A DNA stretch of 20,000 nt, from the sequence record SRR22947725_1805; one strand, given 5' to 3'. Position numbers and translations under genes: made by a program. Under the pieces are notes generated by a model that searched no databases, was not told the DNA's origin, and was given only the letters and a program-made list of their open reading frames with translations. Each line of letters begins with the position of its first letter. Position 1 is the stretch's first letter. Below, in pieces: positions 1 to 8,566 of the stretch.

Positions 1-1
1 C

Positions 2-1795
2 GCTGAGGTGCCAGGCGTGATGGCGGCAACGCAGCTTGTCACCGGACCTGCAGGGGTCCTTGCCCTGCTCCGCGGCACCTATGTCGCCGACGATATTGCT
101 GCGGTGAGGGGAGCGTGGGGCGGGACATCGAAGTTGCCCTCGGGCGTCATCGTGGTCACCAAGTCAGGAGATGTTTTTGGTGAGCACGTGGTGCAAACCG
201 GATCAGGGCAAGCCCGTTCCCGGTTGGAGCTTGCCGCCGAGCGGGATTCCGCCCACACAGATTTGACCCTTCGATCTGTCGAACTTGAGCGCGCACGCTT
301 CGCTGCCGCCGAAGCGGGAGACTCAAAGACGGCCACAGCGGAAAAAGTCACTCAGGCGAGGGCTGAACTGAGGGCGGCTGATGTGAAGAGAGCAGAGCTC
401 AGCGAACAAGTTTCTAGCGCCAGGGCTTCCCTCGAGGCGGCTCACGCAGAAATTTCGCGATTGGAAGAACACTTCCGTCTTGCCGGGGAAAGCCTGGAGA
501 CCGCTCGGAACGCCCACGAGTCAGCTCGGGAGGAACACGAAGTATTCCTCGCTACGGAGCGGCCCGTCATTGATCACGCCAAGCGCCAAGAATTGGTGGA
601 GGTACTCGATGCCGTTGCCACTGAAGAAGTAGACGCTCGCATTGGGCTAGAAGGGCTCCGTCAAGGGGTGCGGCAGGCGAGCGAATCGCTTCGTGTTGCC
701 CAGGCTCGAAAGGCCGAAGAAGAGGCAGCAAAAGCCCGGGAAGAGGCGAAGTATCGCGACCGGGTTGCAAAAGCCAAACGAGCCAGGGCGGTCCTGGGTG
801 TGCTGCCCGATGTCCTCAGCCTTGTCCACGCCAGCGTTGAAGAATCCGCCAGAGCATTGGTGAGCGCAGAAGCACACCGCCAGGCCAGCCAGGGAGAGCT
901 CACGGATCTGCGCGCCAAGGACGCCACCCTTCGGGAGCGCCTTGCCTCCATCACGGAGAGCGTTCATTCGCTGGAGATGCACATTTATGAAAAGAAACTT
1001 CAGCGCACCACCCTGCTCGAGCGTGTGAATCTTGAACTGGGCCTCAGCGAAGCGCTGCTGCTGGAGGAATATTCCCCTGATTCCCCGGTTCCAGGAGACA
1101 GCGAAGACGAGGAGGGGGCACCGTTTGATCGTGTTGTTCAAGAAGCGCGCTTAGCTAAGGCCTCCAAGCAGCTTGACCAGTTGGGGAAGGTCAATCCCCT
1201 GGCTTTGGAGGAGTTCAACGCCCTGGAGGATCGCCACACCTTCTTGAAAGAACAGCTGGAAGACCTGAGCAAAACCAGGAAAGACCTGGAATCGATCATG
1301 GAAGACCTCGACAGCACGATGCAGACCATCTTTGCTGACGCCTTCGCCGATACGCAGCGCGCGTTTGATGAGGTCTTCCCCATCTTGTTTCCTGGCGGAA
1401 CCGGCTCGTTGTCGCTGACTGCGCCGGATGATCTCTTGACCACCGGCATTGACGTGTCCGTTAGGCCTGCGGGAAAGAAAATTGAGCGTCTGTCTTTGCT
1501 CTCCGGTGGCGAGAGGTCTCTGGCGGCTGTAGCGCTCTTAATCGCGATATTCAAGGCTCGCCCGAGCCCTTTTTACATACTCGATGAGGTGGAAGCGGCT
1601 CTCGATGATGCCAACCTGGGCAGGCTCTTGAGCGTGATCGAATCGCTTCGAAAAGATTCGCAGTTGATTGTCATTACCCACCAGAAGCGCACCATGGAAA
1701 TCGCCGATGCGCTCTATGGGGTCTCCATGCGCGCCGACGGCGTGAGTGCGGTCGTGGGTCAGCGTGTCAGGGAGCAGGAAGCTTTGGCTTCTTAG
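2..1795 (+). CDS. smc: Chromosome segregation ATPase SMC, C-terminal part (5' end lies outside the window)
   Basis: Frame is open from the window edge. Long coiled coil, then LGKVNPLALEEF, ABC signature LSGGE, Walker B/D-loop FYILDEVEAALD and switch ITHQ. Upstream of ftsY as usual in actinobacteria. Confidence 0.97.
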   Translation, partial: AEVPGVMAATQLVTGPAGVLALLRGTYVADDIAAVRGAWGGTSKLPSGVIVVTKSGDVFGEHVVQTGSGQARSRLELAAERDSAHTDLTLRSVELERARFAAAEAGDSKTATAEKVTQARAELRAADVKRAELSEQVSSARASLEAAHAEISRLEEHFRLAGESLETARNAHESAREEHEVFLATERPVIDHAKRQELVEVLDAVATEEVDARIGLEGLRQGVRQASESLRVAQARKAEEEAAKAREEAKYRDRVAKAKRARAVLGVLPDVLSLVHASVEESARALVSAEAHRQASQGELTDLRAKDATLRERLASITESVHSLEMHIYEKKLQRTTLLERVNLELGLSEALLLEEYSPDSPVPGDSEDEEGAPFDRVVQEARLAKASKQLDQLGKVNPLALEEFNALEDRHTFLKEQLEDLSKTRKDLESIMEDLDSTMQTIFADAFADTQRAFDEVFPILFPGGTGSLSLTAPDDLLTTGIDVSVRPAGKKIERLSLLSGGERSLAAVALLIAIFKARPSPFYILDEVEAALDDANLGRLLSVIESLRKDSQLIVITHQKRTMEIADALYGVSMRADGVSAVVGQRVREQEALAS

Positions 1796-1817
1796 GCCAA
1801 GAGCGTAGGGTTGAGCG

Positions 1818-1979
1818 ATGGGGAACAAGCAGCGGGCAGGATGGCTTCTTGTCGGTGCCGCCGCTTCGGTCAGCCTGGGCATCATGGCCACCGAAGTCTT
1901 GGACCTTGTCCGTCTCGATGGCCCTACGGTGTCGGAAACTCTACCGGTCATCGGGTTTGAACCGATTCCCGAAGATTAG
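1818..1979 (+). CDS. Putative 53-aa small membrane/secreted protein (not in the ORF track)
   Basis: ATG 1818 to TAG 1977-1979 gives MGNKQRAGWLLVGAAASVSLGIMATEVLDLVRLDGPTVSETLPVIGFEPIPED. It fills the smc-ftsY gap, has a TAGGGT hexamer 6 nt before the ATG, and has a basic N-terminus followed by a hydrophobic segment. Confidence 0.55.
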   Translation: MGNKQRAGWLLVGAAASVSLGIMATEVLDLVRLDGPTVSETLPVIGFEPIPED

Positions 1980-1987
1980 GGTCCACC

Positions 1988-2866
1988 ATGGCTTGGGGGA
2001 GCGGGAAGTGGTCGCTGGGGCGCGCCCTTAAAGGGCTCATCCATCAGGCTGAGATCACGGACGAGACCTGGGAAGAACTTGAGTCTTCCCTGCTTCAAGC
2101 TGATTTTGGCCCCGATGTCGCCGACGAGGTGTTGGGCAGCGTCCGCGACGAGGTACATCGCATTGGCACCAGCAATCCTGCCGATGTTCAAGCCATTGTC
2201 CGCGACACGTTGGAAGAAAAGCTCGCGGCCTATGACCCCACCCTGGATTTGAGCGCTCGCCCGGCTGTCATCATGGTGGTCGGTGTGAACGGTGTGGGAA
2301 AGACAACGACTATTGGCAAGCTCGCGAAGTTTGTGACGCGGGCTGGGCGAAGCGTGATTATTGCGGCGGCGGACACCTTTCGCGCGGCCGCAGTGGAACA
2401 ACTGACCACGTGGGCGCAGCGCGCAGAAGTTCCGATTGTGGTTCCCGACCAGGGCGGGCAAGACCCGGCGTCTGTGGCATATACAGCGGTCGAAAAAGCC
2501 CTTGCCGAAGGCATAGACATTGTCATTATTGACACCGCGGGTCGCCTTCATACCAAGGCTGGGTTGATGGATGAATTGACCAAAATTCGTCGGGTGGTTG
2601 AAAAACTGGCTTCCATTTCCGAAGTCCTCCTGGTCCTTGATGCCACCACCGGCCAAAACGGTGTGCTCCAGGCGGATGCTTTCCTTCAGCACGCGGGCGT
2701 CACGGGGTTAGTGCTGAGCAAAACAGATGGCAGCGCCAAAGGCGGTTTTGTCCTCAGTGTTCAAAAGAACACGGGGATCCCCATCAAGCTTGTGGGGGAG
2801 GGTGAAGGAATTGACGATATGACTGGTTTTTCTGCCCCCGCTTTCGCAGCGGCACTCACAACTTAG
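1988..2866 (+). CDS. ftsY: SRP receptor FtsY (NG domain only)
   Basis: SRP GTPase motifs GVNGVGKTT, DTFRAAA, DTAGRLH, DATTGQN and GSAKGG. Confidence 0.97.
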   Translation: MAWGSGKWSLGRALKGLIHQAEITDETWEELESSLLQADFGPDVADEVLGSVRDEVHRIGTSNPADVQAIVRDTLEEKLAAYDPTLDLSARPAVIMVVGVNGVGKTTTIGKLAKFVTRAGRSVIIAAADTFRAAAVEQLTTWAQRAEVPIVVPDQGGQDPASVAYTAVEKALAEGIDIVIIDTAGRLHTKAGLMDELTKIRRVVEKLASISEVLLVLDATTGQNGVLQADAFLQHAGVTGLVLSKTDGSAKGGFVLSVQKNTGIPIKLVGEGEGIDDMTGFSAPAFAAALTT

Positions 2867-3375
2867 GGCGAGGCCAAATAGGCTCTTCCCAGGTCTTGGT
2901 AGGTCCGGGCATTCGCGCGGATCCCCTCCGCTTCAGCTGTGGTGAGTTCCCGGCGCACTTTCCCGGGAACGCCCGCCACCAGTGACCCTGGGGGGATAAC
3001 GGTGCCTTCGAGCACGACGGTTCCTGCCGCAATCAGTGTTCCTGCTCCAATACGCGCTCCATTGAGCACAGTGGCTCCCATGCCAATCAAACAATTATTG
3101 TCAACCTCAGCGCCGTGAACCACCGCGCCGTGTCCCACGCTGACGCCCTCGCCGATGACCGCGGGATAACCCGGGTCACCGTGAATCACAACATTGTCTT
3201 GAAGGTTGGACCCTTGCCCTACGGAAATCGAGTCACGGTCGGCTCGTAGCACGGCGCCAAACATGATCGTCACTCCCCGGGAGATGGTGACCTCCCCAAT
3301 CAGGGTGGCGTTGGGGGCTAGGAATACCCCGTCGCCAATGTCGGGTGTGTGGAAGCCAAAAGTAACCAGGGGCAT
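2863..3375 (-). CDS. Gamma-carbonic anhydrase / hexapeptide-repeat (YrdA/PaaY-like) protein
   Basis: Left-handed beta-helix repeats, LRAD and NLQDNVVIH motifs, His ligands in VIH and VGHGAVVHG. Start placed at ATG 3375 because TATGCT lies 7 nt upstream. Confidence 0.9.
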   Translation of the reverse strand: MPLVTFGFHTPDIGDGVFLAPNATLIGEVTISRGVTIMFGAVLRADRDSISVGQGSNLQDNVVIHGDPGYPAVIGEGVSVGHGAVVHGAEVDNNCLIGMGATVLNGARIGAGTLIAAGTVVLEGTVIPPGSLVAGVPGKVRRELTTAEAEGIRANARTYQDLGRAYLASP

Positions 3376-3441
3376 GTTTCCCAGCATAGAAGGCGCGGCC
3401 TCCTCACTGTGTCTGTGGCGGCTCGGATAGTCTTGACTTTT

Positions 3442-4923
3442 ATGGCCGTGTTTTCCTCCCTTTCTGAGCGCCTGACGCAGACGTTTGCCGCCCTGCGTAA
3501 CAAAGGCAAACTCTCCGCCGCGGACGTGGATGGCACGGTGCGCGATATTCGTCGCGCTCTCCTGGAATCAGATGTTGCCTTGGAGGTTGTCAAGACCTTC
3601 ACCGCCGCTGTTCGGGAACGAGCGCTTTCTGACGAGGTGAACACGGCACTCAACCCCGCCCAACAGGTTGTCGGGATTGTCAATGAAGAGTTGGTCGCCA
3701 TCTTGGGAGGAAATCAGCGCCCGCTGACTTTTGCCAAAACACCCCCCACCGTGATCATGTTGGCGGGCTTGCAGGGTTCGGGTAAAACGACGTTGGCGGG
3801 TAAGATCGCGCGGTGGTTGAAAGACCAGGGTCACACCCCGGTGCTGATTGCCTGTGACCTTCAACGCCCCGGGGCGGTCAAGCAATTGGGAATTGTTGCC
3901 GAGCAGGCCGGGGCTGCGTTTTTTGCGCCTGAGCCAGGCGATGGCGTGGGAGACCCGGTGGCGGTCGCCAAAGCCGGTGTGAAATACGCGAAAGAAAAGA
4001 ACCACGATATTGCCATTCTCGACACCGCTGGCCGTTTGGGTGTGGATGTCGACATGATGAAGCAGGCCGCCGCGATTCGAAAAGCGAGCGACCCGGATGA
4101 AGTCTTGTTTGTCATAGACGCGATGATCGGCCAAGACGCTGTCCACACCGCCAAAGCCTTCCAAGACGGTGTTGATTTCACCGGCGTTGTGCTGACCAAA
4201 CTCGATGGTGATGCGAAAGGTGGTGCAGCGCTGAGTGTGACCGGTGTCACCGGCCGCCCGGTCCTCTTTGCCTCCACGGGAGAAAAGCAAAACGAGTTTG
4301 ACGTCTTCTACCCCGACCGGATGGCCAGTCGGATTCTTGATTTGGGGGACATCCTCACCCTCATCGAACAAGCGCAAAAGACGTTCGATGAGGAACAAAC
4401 CAAAGAGATGGAAGAAAAGTTTCGATCCGAAACTTTCAGCCTCGATGATTTCCTCGGCCAACTGCAACAAATCAAAAAGATGGGTTCCCTGTCGGGAATG
4501 CTGAAAATGTTGCCCGGTGCCGGGGCAATGAAAGACCAGATTGAGAATGTTGATGAGGGCGACTTGGTTAGGACCGAGGCCATCATCCAATCGATGACTC
4601 CTCGCGAGCGCTTGACGCCCAAAGTGCTCAACGGCTCGAGGCGGTTGCGCATTGCTTCTGGTTCAGGAACCACGGTGACCGAGGTGAACCAACTGGTGGT
4701 GCGCTTTGAGCAGGCCGCAAAAATGATGAAAACTGTGGCCAAAGGCGGGATCCCCCAACTTCCTGGTATGGGACCTATTGCGCGCGGAGGCGGCAGTTCC
4801 AAGAAGAAGGCAAAGAAGAAAACCGGCTCTCGGTCGGGTAACCCCGCCACGAGAGCTCGCGAAGTGTCGGGGGCTCCTGCACCCGCGGAACAGGGTTCCA
4901 GCTTTGGGCTGGGGCAAAAATAG
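3442..4923 (+). CDS. ffh: Signal recognition particle protein Ffh
   Basis: GLQGSGKTT, DTAGRL, TKLDGDAKGG and the Met-rich M domain with SRRLRIASGSG. Start at ATG 3442 (alternative GTG 3448). Confidence 0.98.
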   Translation: MAVFSSLSERLTQTFAALRNKGKLSAADVDGTVRDIRRALLESDVALEVVKTFTAAVRERALSDEVNTALNPAQQVVGIVNEELVAILGGNQRPLTFAKTPPTVIMLAGLQGSGKTTLAGKIARWLKDQGHTPVLIACDLQRPGAVKQLGIVAEQAGAAFFAPEPGDGVGDPVAVAKAGVKYAKEKNHDIAILDTAGRLGVDVDMMKQAAAIRKASDPDEVLFVIDAMIGQDAVHTAKAFQDGVDFTGVVLTKLDGDAKGGAALSVTGVTGRPVLFASTGEKQNEFDVFYPDRMASRILDLGDILTLIEQAQKTFDEEQTKEMEEKFRSETFSLDDFLGQLQQIKKMGSLSGMLKMLPGAGAMKDQIENVDEGDLVRTEAIIQSMTPRERLTPKVLNGSRRLRIASGSGTTVTEVNQLVVRFEQAAKMMKTVAKGGIPQLPGMGPIARGGGSSKKKAKKKTGSRSGNPATRAREVSGAPAPAEQGSSFGLGQK

Positions 4924-4970
4924 CCGGTTCTTAGAAATTTGCGGTGTGGTTACCGCTGGGGTCAAAAATC

Positions 4971-4979
4971 TGACAGAAT
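4971..4979 (+). promoter_or_regulatory. Extended -10 promoter (TGaCAGAAT) of the rpsP operon
   Basis: TGnCAGAAT about 120 nt upstream of rpsP. A near-identical element precedes rplS. Confidence 0.55.
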
Positions 4980-4985
4980 AGGGCG

Positions 4986-5098
4986 CTGGAGATCATCACC
5001 CGACCCTCTATCAGGTGTAATCCCACCCTTTGATTCTCTGACGATTGTGCCCCCACGTAATCGTTGGTAGTTATCGCAACTTATCAACTTGGAGAAAC
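4986..5098 (+). promoter_or_regulatory. Structured 5' leader of the rpsP operon
   Basis: Hairpins CACC(4997-5000)/GGTG(5014-5017) and ACGATT-GTG(5041-5049)/CAC-gt-AATCGT(5054-5064). SD-like GGAG at 5091-5094. Confidence 0.5.
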
Positions 5099-5749
5099 GT
5101 GGCTGTAAAAATTCGTTTGAAGCGCATGGGCAAGATCCACGCGCCGTACTACCGCATCGTCGTCGCCGATTCCCGCACCAAGCGCGACGGTCGTGCGATT
5201 GAGGAAATCGGGCTGTATCACCCCACCCAGGACCCTTCGGTCATCGAGATTAACTCGGAGCGCGCGCTCTACTGGTTAGGTGTTGGCGCACAGCCCACCG
5301 AGCAGGTCGCAGCACTGTTGAAGCTCACCGGTGATTGGGGCAAGTTCAAGGGCGACAAGAACGCCAAGAGCACCGTCAAGTTTGCCGAGCCCAAGGTGGC
5401 ATTCGCCGCTGATGCGAAGAAGAAGCCTGTGTTGCGCCCGAAGGCCGCGAAGCCTGTCGAGGAAACACCTAAGGCAGATGCTCCTGTGGAAGACGCTCCA
5501 GCAGAAGCACCCGTTGCTGACGCTGAGGTCGTAGCAGAAGCACCAGCAGCCGTGGAAGAAACCACTGACGCTCCTGCTGCAGAAGCCCCCGCCGAAGAGG
5601 CTCCCGCAGCCCAAGAGGCACCAGTGGAAGCACCTGCTGAGGAAGCCGCTCCCGAAGCGCCCGCAGCTGAGGAAGCCGCACCGGAGGCACCTGCCGACGA
5701 GGCAGCCGCTGAGGAAGCTCCCGCCGAAGACGTTAAGCCCGGCGAATAG
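5099..5749 (+). CDS. rpsP: 30S ribosomal protein bS16 with a long acidic Ala/Pro/Glu tail
   Basis: [43 protein letters not shown] start after GGAGAAAC. First gene of rpsP-khpA-rimM-trmD. Confidence 0.98.
   Translation: MAVKIRLKRMGKIHAPYYRIVVADSRTKRDGRAIEEIGLYHPTQDPSVIEINSERALYWLGVGAQPTEQVAALLKLTGDWGKFKGDKNAKSTVKFAEPKVAFAADAKKKPVLRPKAAKPVEETPKADAPVEDAPAEAPVADAEVVAEAPAAVEETTDAPAAEAPAEEAPAAQEAPVEAPAEEAAPEAPAAEEAAPEAPADEAAAEEAPAEDVKPGE
5636..5695 (+). repeat. Imperfect 30-bp tandem repeat (2 copies, [10 protein letters not shown]) in the S16 tail
   Basis: gctgaggaagccgctcccgaagcgcccgca / gctgaggaagccgcaccggaggcacctgcc. Only synonymous differences. Confidence 0.75.
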
Positions 5750-5751
5750 TC

Positions 5752-5988
5752 ATGTTGGATCGTGCGCTGAATCACCTTGTCCGGGAAATCGTTGATAACC
5801 CGGACGAGGTCAGTGTCACGGTGGTGGACACCCCTCGCGGTGAACTCCTCGAGGTTCGGGTTCACCCTGATGACTTGGGTCGTGTGATTGGCCGTGCCGG
5901 TCGCACGGCGAAAGCGTTGCGCACACTGGTTAATGCGTTGGCGGATGGCCGCAAGGTCAGAGTCGATGTCGTCGATACCGACAGCTAA
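5752..5988 (+). CDS. khpA: KH-domain RNA-binding protein KhpA (YlqC/UPF0109)
   Basis: IVDNPDEV..VHPDDLGRVIGRAGRTAKALR (GxxG KH loop). Lies between rpsP and rimM. Confidence 0.95.
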   Translation: MLDRALNHLVREIVDNPDEVSVTVVDTPRGELLEVRVHPDDLGRVIGRAGRTAKALRTLVNALADGRKVRVDVVDTDS

Positions 5989-6566
5989 TGCCTGCTGGCT
6001 CCCCGCCCATTGCACCTAGGCCGGAGGCAGTGGAACTCCGCGTCGCACGCCTGGTCCGAGCCCACGGGCTAAAAGGCGGGTTGAAGCTTGAGGTCTATAC
6101 CGACGACCCTGAACTTCGATTCACGGTGGGCAGCGAGTTTAAGCTTCAGGTTCCGACTGATTCGCCGTGGTTGGGTAAAACGCTGACACTGGCGAGTATC
6201 CGGGAAGTGAATTCGTCCCCGGTGGCCTTTTTCGAAGGAATTGAGGATCGTGATGCGGCCGAAAGCATCGCGAAAGCGATTCTTTGGATCGAACACGACC
6301 CTGCGACGAGGCCCACGGAGAAGGACGCCTGGTTTGACCATGAACTGGTCGGGCTTTCGGTGATGCGGGAGGGAGTGTCGGTCGGAACAATTTCTCGACT
6401 GGAGCATTTCCCAGGCCAAGACCTGCTTGTGGTGGAGACACCCGCGGGAGAGGTCCTGCTGCCGTTTGTAGCGGCTTTTGTGCCACAGGTGGATGTCGCT
6501 GGCGGAAGCGTGACCATTACCCCGCCCGGTGGGCTGTTTGAGTCGCTGGAAGAGGCTGAGGGATAA
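5988..6566 (+). CDS. rimM: 16S rRNA processing factor RimM
   Basis: VRAHGLKG N-terminal motif and PRC-barrel C-terminus (QDLLVV..LLPFV..PPGGL). TAATG overlap with khpA. Confidence 0.95.
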   Translation: MPAGSPPIAPRPEAVELRVARLVRAHGLKGGLKLEVYTDDPELRFTVGSEFKLQVPTDSPWLGKTLTLASIREVNSSPVAFFEGIEDRDAAESIAKAILWIEHDPATRPTEKDAWFDHELVGLSVMREGVSVGTISRLEHFPGQDLLVVETPAGEVLLPFVAAFVPQVDVAGGSVTITPPGGLFESLEEAEG

Positions 6567-6570
6567 GCCG

Positions 6571-7251
6571 GTGAAGATCGATATTGTCAGCATCTTCCCC
6601 GAAATTTTTGATGCCCTCGATGTGTCCCTGATGGGGAAAGCCACAGCTTCGCAGTTGCTGGATCTCTCCATTACGAACCTGCGGGACCATGCCACCGGAG
6701 TGCATAAGAGTGTGGATGACACACCCTATGGCGGCGGGGCGGGTATGGTCATGTCACCCGAGGTGTGGGGGAACGCTCTGGATCCGCTGGTAACGCCTGG
6801 GTCTGTGCTGATTGTTCCCACCCCTGCGGGGGCTCTCTTTACCCAGGAGACCGCCACCCAGTTGGCGCAAGCCGAGCACCTCGTCTTTGCCTGTGGGCGG
6901 TATGAAGGAATTGATCAGCGAGTCGTGGAGCACTACTCGGAGGACACTACGGTGATGGAGCTCAGTGTGGGGGATTATGTCCTCAACGGTGGCGAAGTGG
7001 CCGTGCTGGTGATGCTCGAGGCCATTGTGCGATTGATGCCAGGTTTTATGGGCAATCCCGAGTCGTTGTCTGAAGAGAGCCACGAATCAGGATTGCTGGA
7101 GTATCCCTCCTTCACCAAACCGCGCCACTGGCGGGGTTTAGATGTTCCCGAGGTCCTGCTCTCGGGCAATCACGAAGCTATTCGCCAGTGGCGTCACGAG
7201 CAGTCGCTGGCAAGAACTAAGGCTATGCGCCCGGACTTACTGGCGGATTAG
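6571..7251 (+). CDS. trmD: tRNA (guanine-N1)-methyltransferase
   Basis: [50 protein letters not shown] start at 6571. Confidence 0.98.
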   Translation: MKIDIVSIFPEIFDALDVSLMGKATASQLLDLSITNLRDHATGVHKSVDDTPYGGGAGMVMSPEVWGNALDPLVTPGSVLIVPTPAGALFTQETATQLAQAEHLVFACGRYEGIDQRVVEHYSEDTTVMELSVGDYVLNGGEVAVLVMLEAIVRLMPGFMGNPESLSEESHESGLLEYPSFTKPRHWRGLDVPEVLLSGNHEAIRQWRHEQSLARTKAMRPDLLAD

Positions 7252-8018
7252 TCTCTCGCTGTCAAGACCAAGGGATCCCCTTGGGTGATGACCACGGTGT
7301 GTTCCACATGTGCTGAGCGCGAACCATCGACACTTTTGAGAGTCCAACCATCCACATCGGTAAACACTTCGGCGGTGTTCTCCATCAACCATGGTTCAAT
7401 CGCGAAGACCATCCCAGGTTTGAGCTTGGGGCCCCGTCCCGCCTCGCCATCGTTAGCAATCGATGGGTCTTCGTGCATGGTGCGACCCACGCCATGGCCA
7501 CCAAAGTCGGTATTGACCTGGTATCCCCCACCCCGAGACACCGCTCCGATCGCGGCGGATATATCGCCCAAGCGGTTGCCAGAGCGCGCGTGAGAAATTC
7601 CCGCCAGAAGAGCTTTTTCGCAGGTGTCGATGAGGCGTTGGTCCTCGGGGGTGGGATGTCCGCCCGCCACCAGGGTGAGGGCGGAATCGGCAACCCAACC
7701 GTGGAGGCTCACCGCGAAGTCAAGGGAGAGCAGGTCGCCCTGTTGCAGGGTGTAGTCGTGGGGGAGTCCGTGAAGGGCTGCGTCATTGACCGAGGTGCAG
7801 AGCACCTTGCCAAAGGGAGACCCGCCAAAGGACGGGTGATAATCGATATAACAACTCTCCGCTCCCACGTCTTTGATCATCGTGTGGGCGAGAGCATCGA
7901 GCTCCAGAAGATTGACGCCCGGTAGTGCGCGGGATTTCAGGGTAGTCAACACCGAGGCGACGAAAGCACCCACCGGGCGCATTTCCTCAATGGTTGCGCG
8001 AGAATGGCGAGGAATCAT
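7248..8018 (-). CDS. map: Type I methionine aminopeptidase
   Basis: CTSVND..HGLP, D..GWVADSA, GHGVG..MHEDP, AIEP and SAHVEHT metal-ligand motifs. Confidence 0.96.
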   Translation of the reverse strand: MIPRHSRATIEEMRPVGAFVASVLTTLKSRALPGVNLLELDALAHTMIKDVGAESCYIDYHPSFGGSPFGKVLCTSVNDAALHGLPHDYTLQQGDLLSLDFAVSLHGWVADSALTLVAGGHPTPEDQRLIDTCEKALLAGISHARSGNRLGDISAAIGAVSRGGGYQVNTDFGGHGVGRTMHEDPSIANDGEAGRGPKLKPGMVFAIEPWLMENTAEVFTDVDGWTLKSVDGSRSAHVEHTVVITQGDPLVLTARD

Positions 8019-8065
8019 AGGCCTCCAACCCTAGTTCAGAACAAATGGTGTCAGCCCCAAATCTG

Positions 8066-8074
8066 TGGCAGAAT
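8066..8074 (+). promoter_or_regulatory. Extended -10 promoter (TGgCAGAAT) of rplS
   Basis: TGnCAGAAT about 120 nt upstream of the rplS ATG, same architecture as the rpsP promoter. Confidence 0.55.
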
Positions 8075-8080
8075 AAACAC

Positions 8081-8195
8081 TTGTGCCACAGTGCGCCTCT
8101 GCCACAGGGGAGTAGCACACCACTTCGGTGGGTCACAGCTCTACCTCCTTACTTATATTCGCGTGCGACCTGTGGCGGCGCAGAGAAGAGACATC
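8081..8195 (+). promoter_or_regulatory. Structured 5' leader of rplS (candidate ribosomal leader)
   Basis: TGCGCC-tct-GCCACAGG (8092-8108) is complementary to CCTGTGGC-GGCGCA (8169-8182). Internal cUUCGg hairpin at 8120-8131. Confidence 0.65.
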
Positions 8196-8543
8196 ATGCA
8201 AACCCTCGATTTCATTGACCAAGCGTCGCTTCGGTCTGATATTCCTGACTTCCGCGCCGGTGACACCGTCAAGGTGCACGTGAACATTGTGGAAGGTACG
8301 CGCTCGCGTATCCAGGTTTTCCAGGGCGTTGTGATTGCGCGTTCCGGACACGGCGTCACCGAAACTTTCATTGTCCGTAAAGTCAGCTTCCAGGTGGGTG
8401 TCGAACGTACCTTCCCCATTCACTCTCCCGTGATCGACCACATCGAGGTTGTTTCTCGCGGTGACGTGCGTCGCGCGAAGCTGTATTACTTGCGAAGCCT
8501 TCGCGGCAAGAAGGCGAAGATTCGCGAAAAGCGCGATTCCTAA
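8196..8543 (+). CDS. rplS: 50S ribosomal protein bL19
   Basis: [49 protein letters not shown]. Start at ATG 8196. Confidence 0.98.
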   Translation: MQTLDFIDQASLRSDIPDFRAGDTVKVHVNIVEGTRSRIQVFQGVVIARSGHGVTETFIVRKVSFQVGVERTFPIHSPVIDHIEVVSRGDVRRAKLYYLRSLRGKKAKIREKRDS

Positions 8544-8566
8544 GCTCTCCCGACGACCAGCCCATC

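Noticed and set aside
1849..2031. 60-aa track ORF in the smc-ftsY gap
   Set aside because: It overlaps the ftsY start and has no initiation signal. The 1818-1979 frame fits the gap better.
3568..4590. Long antisense ORFs (340 aa opposite ffh, also 1976-2692, 5269-6015, 10582-11574, 15760-16662)
   Set aside because: They are shadow frames of well-conserved genes in a GC-rich genome, with no recognisable motifs.
5460..5749. Repeats as a possible CRISPR or non-coding array
   Set aside because: They are in-frame, degenerate at third codon positions and encode the S16 tail. There is no repeat-spacer structure.
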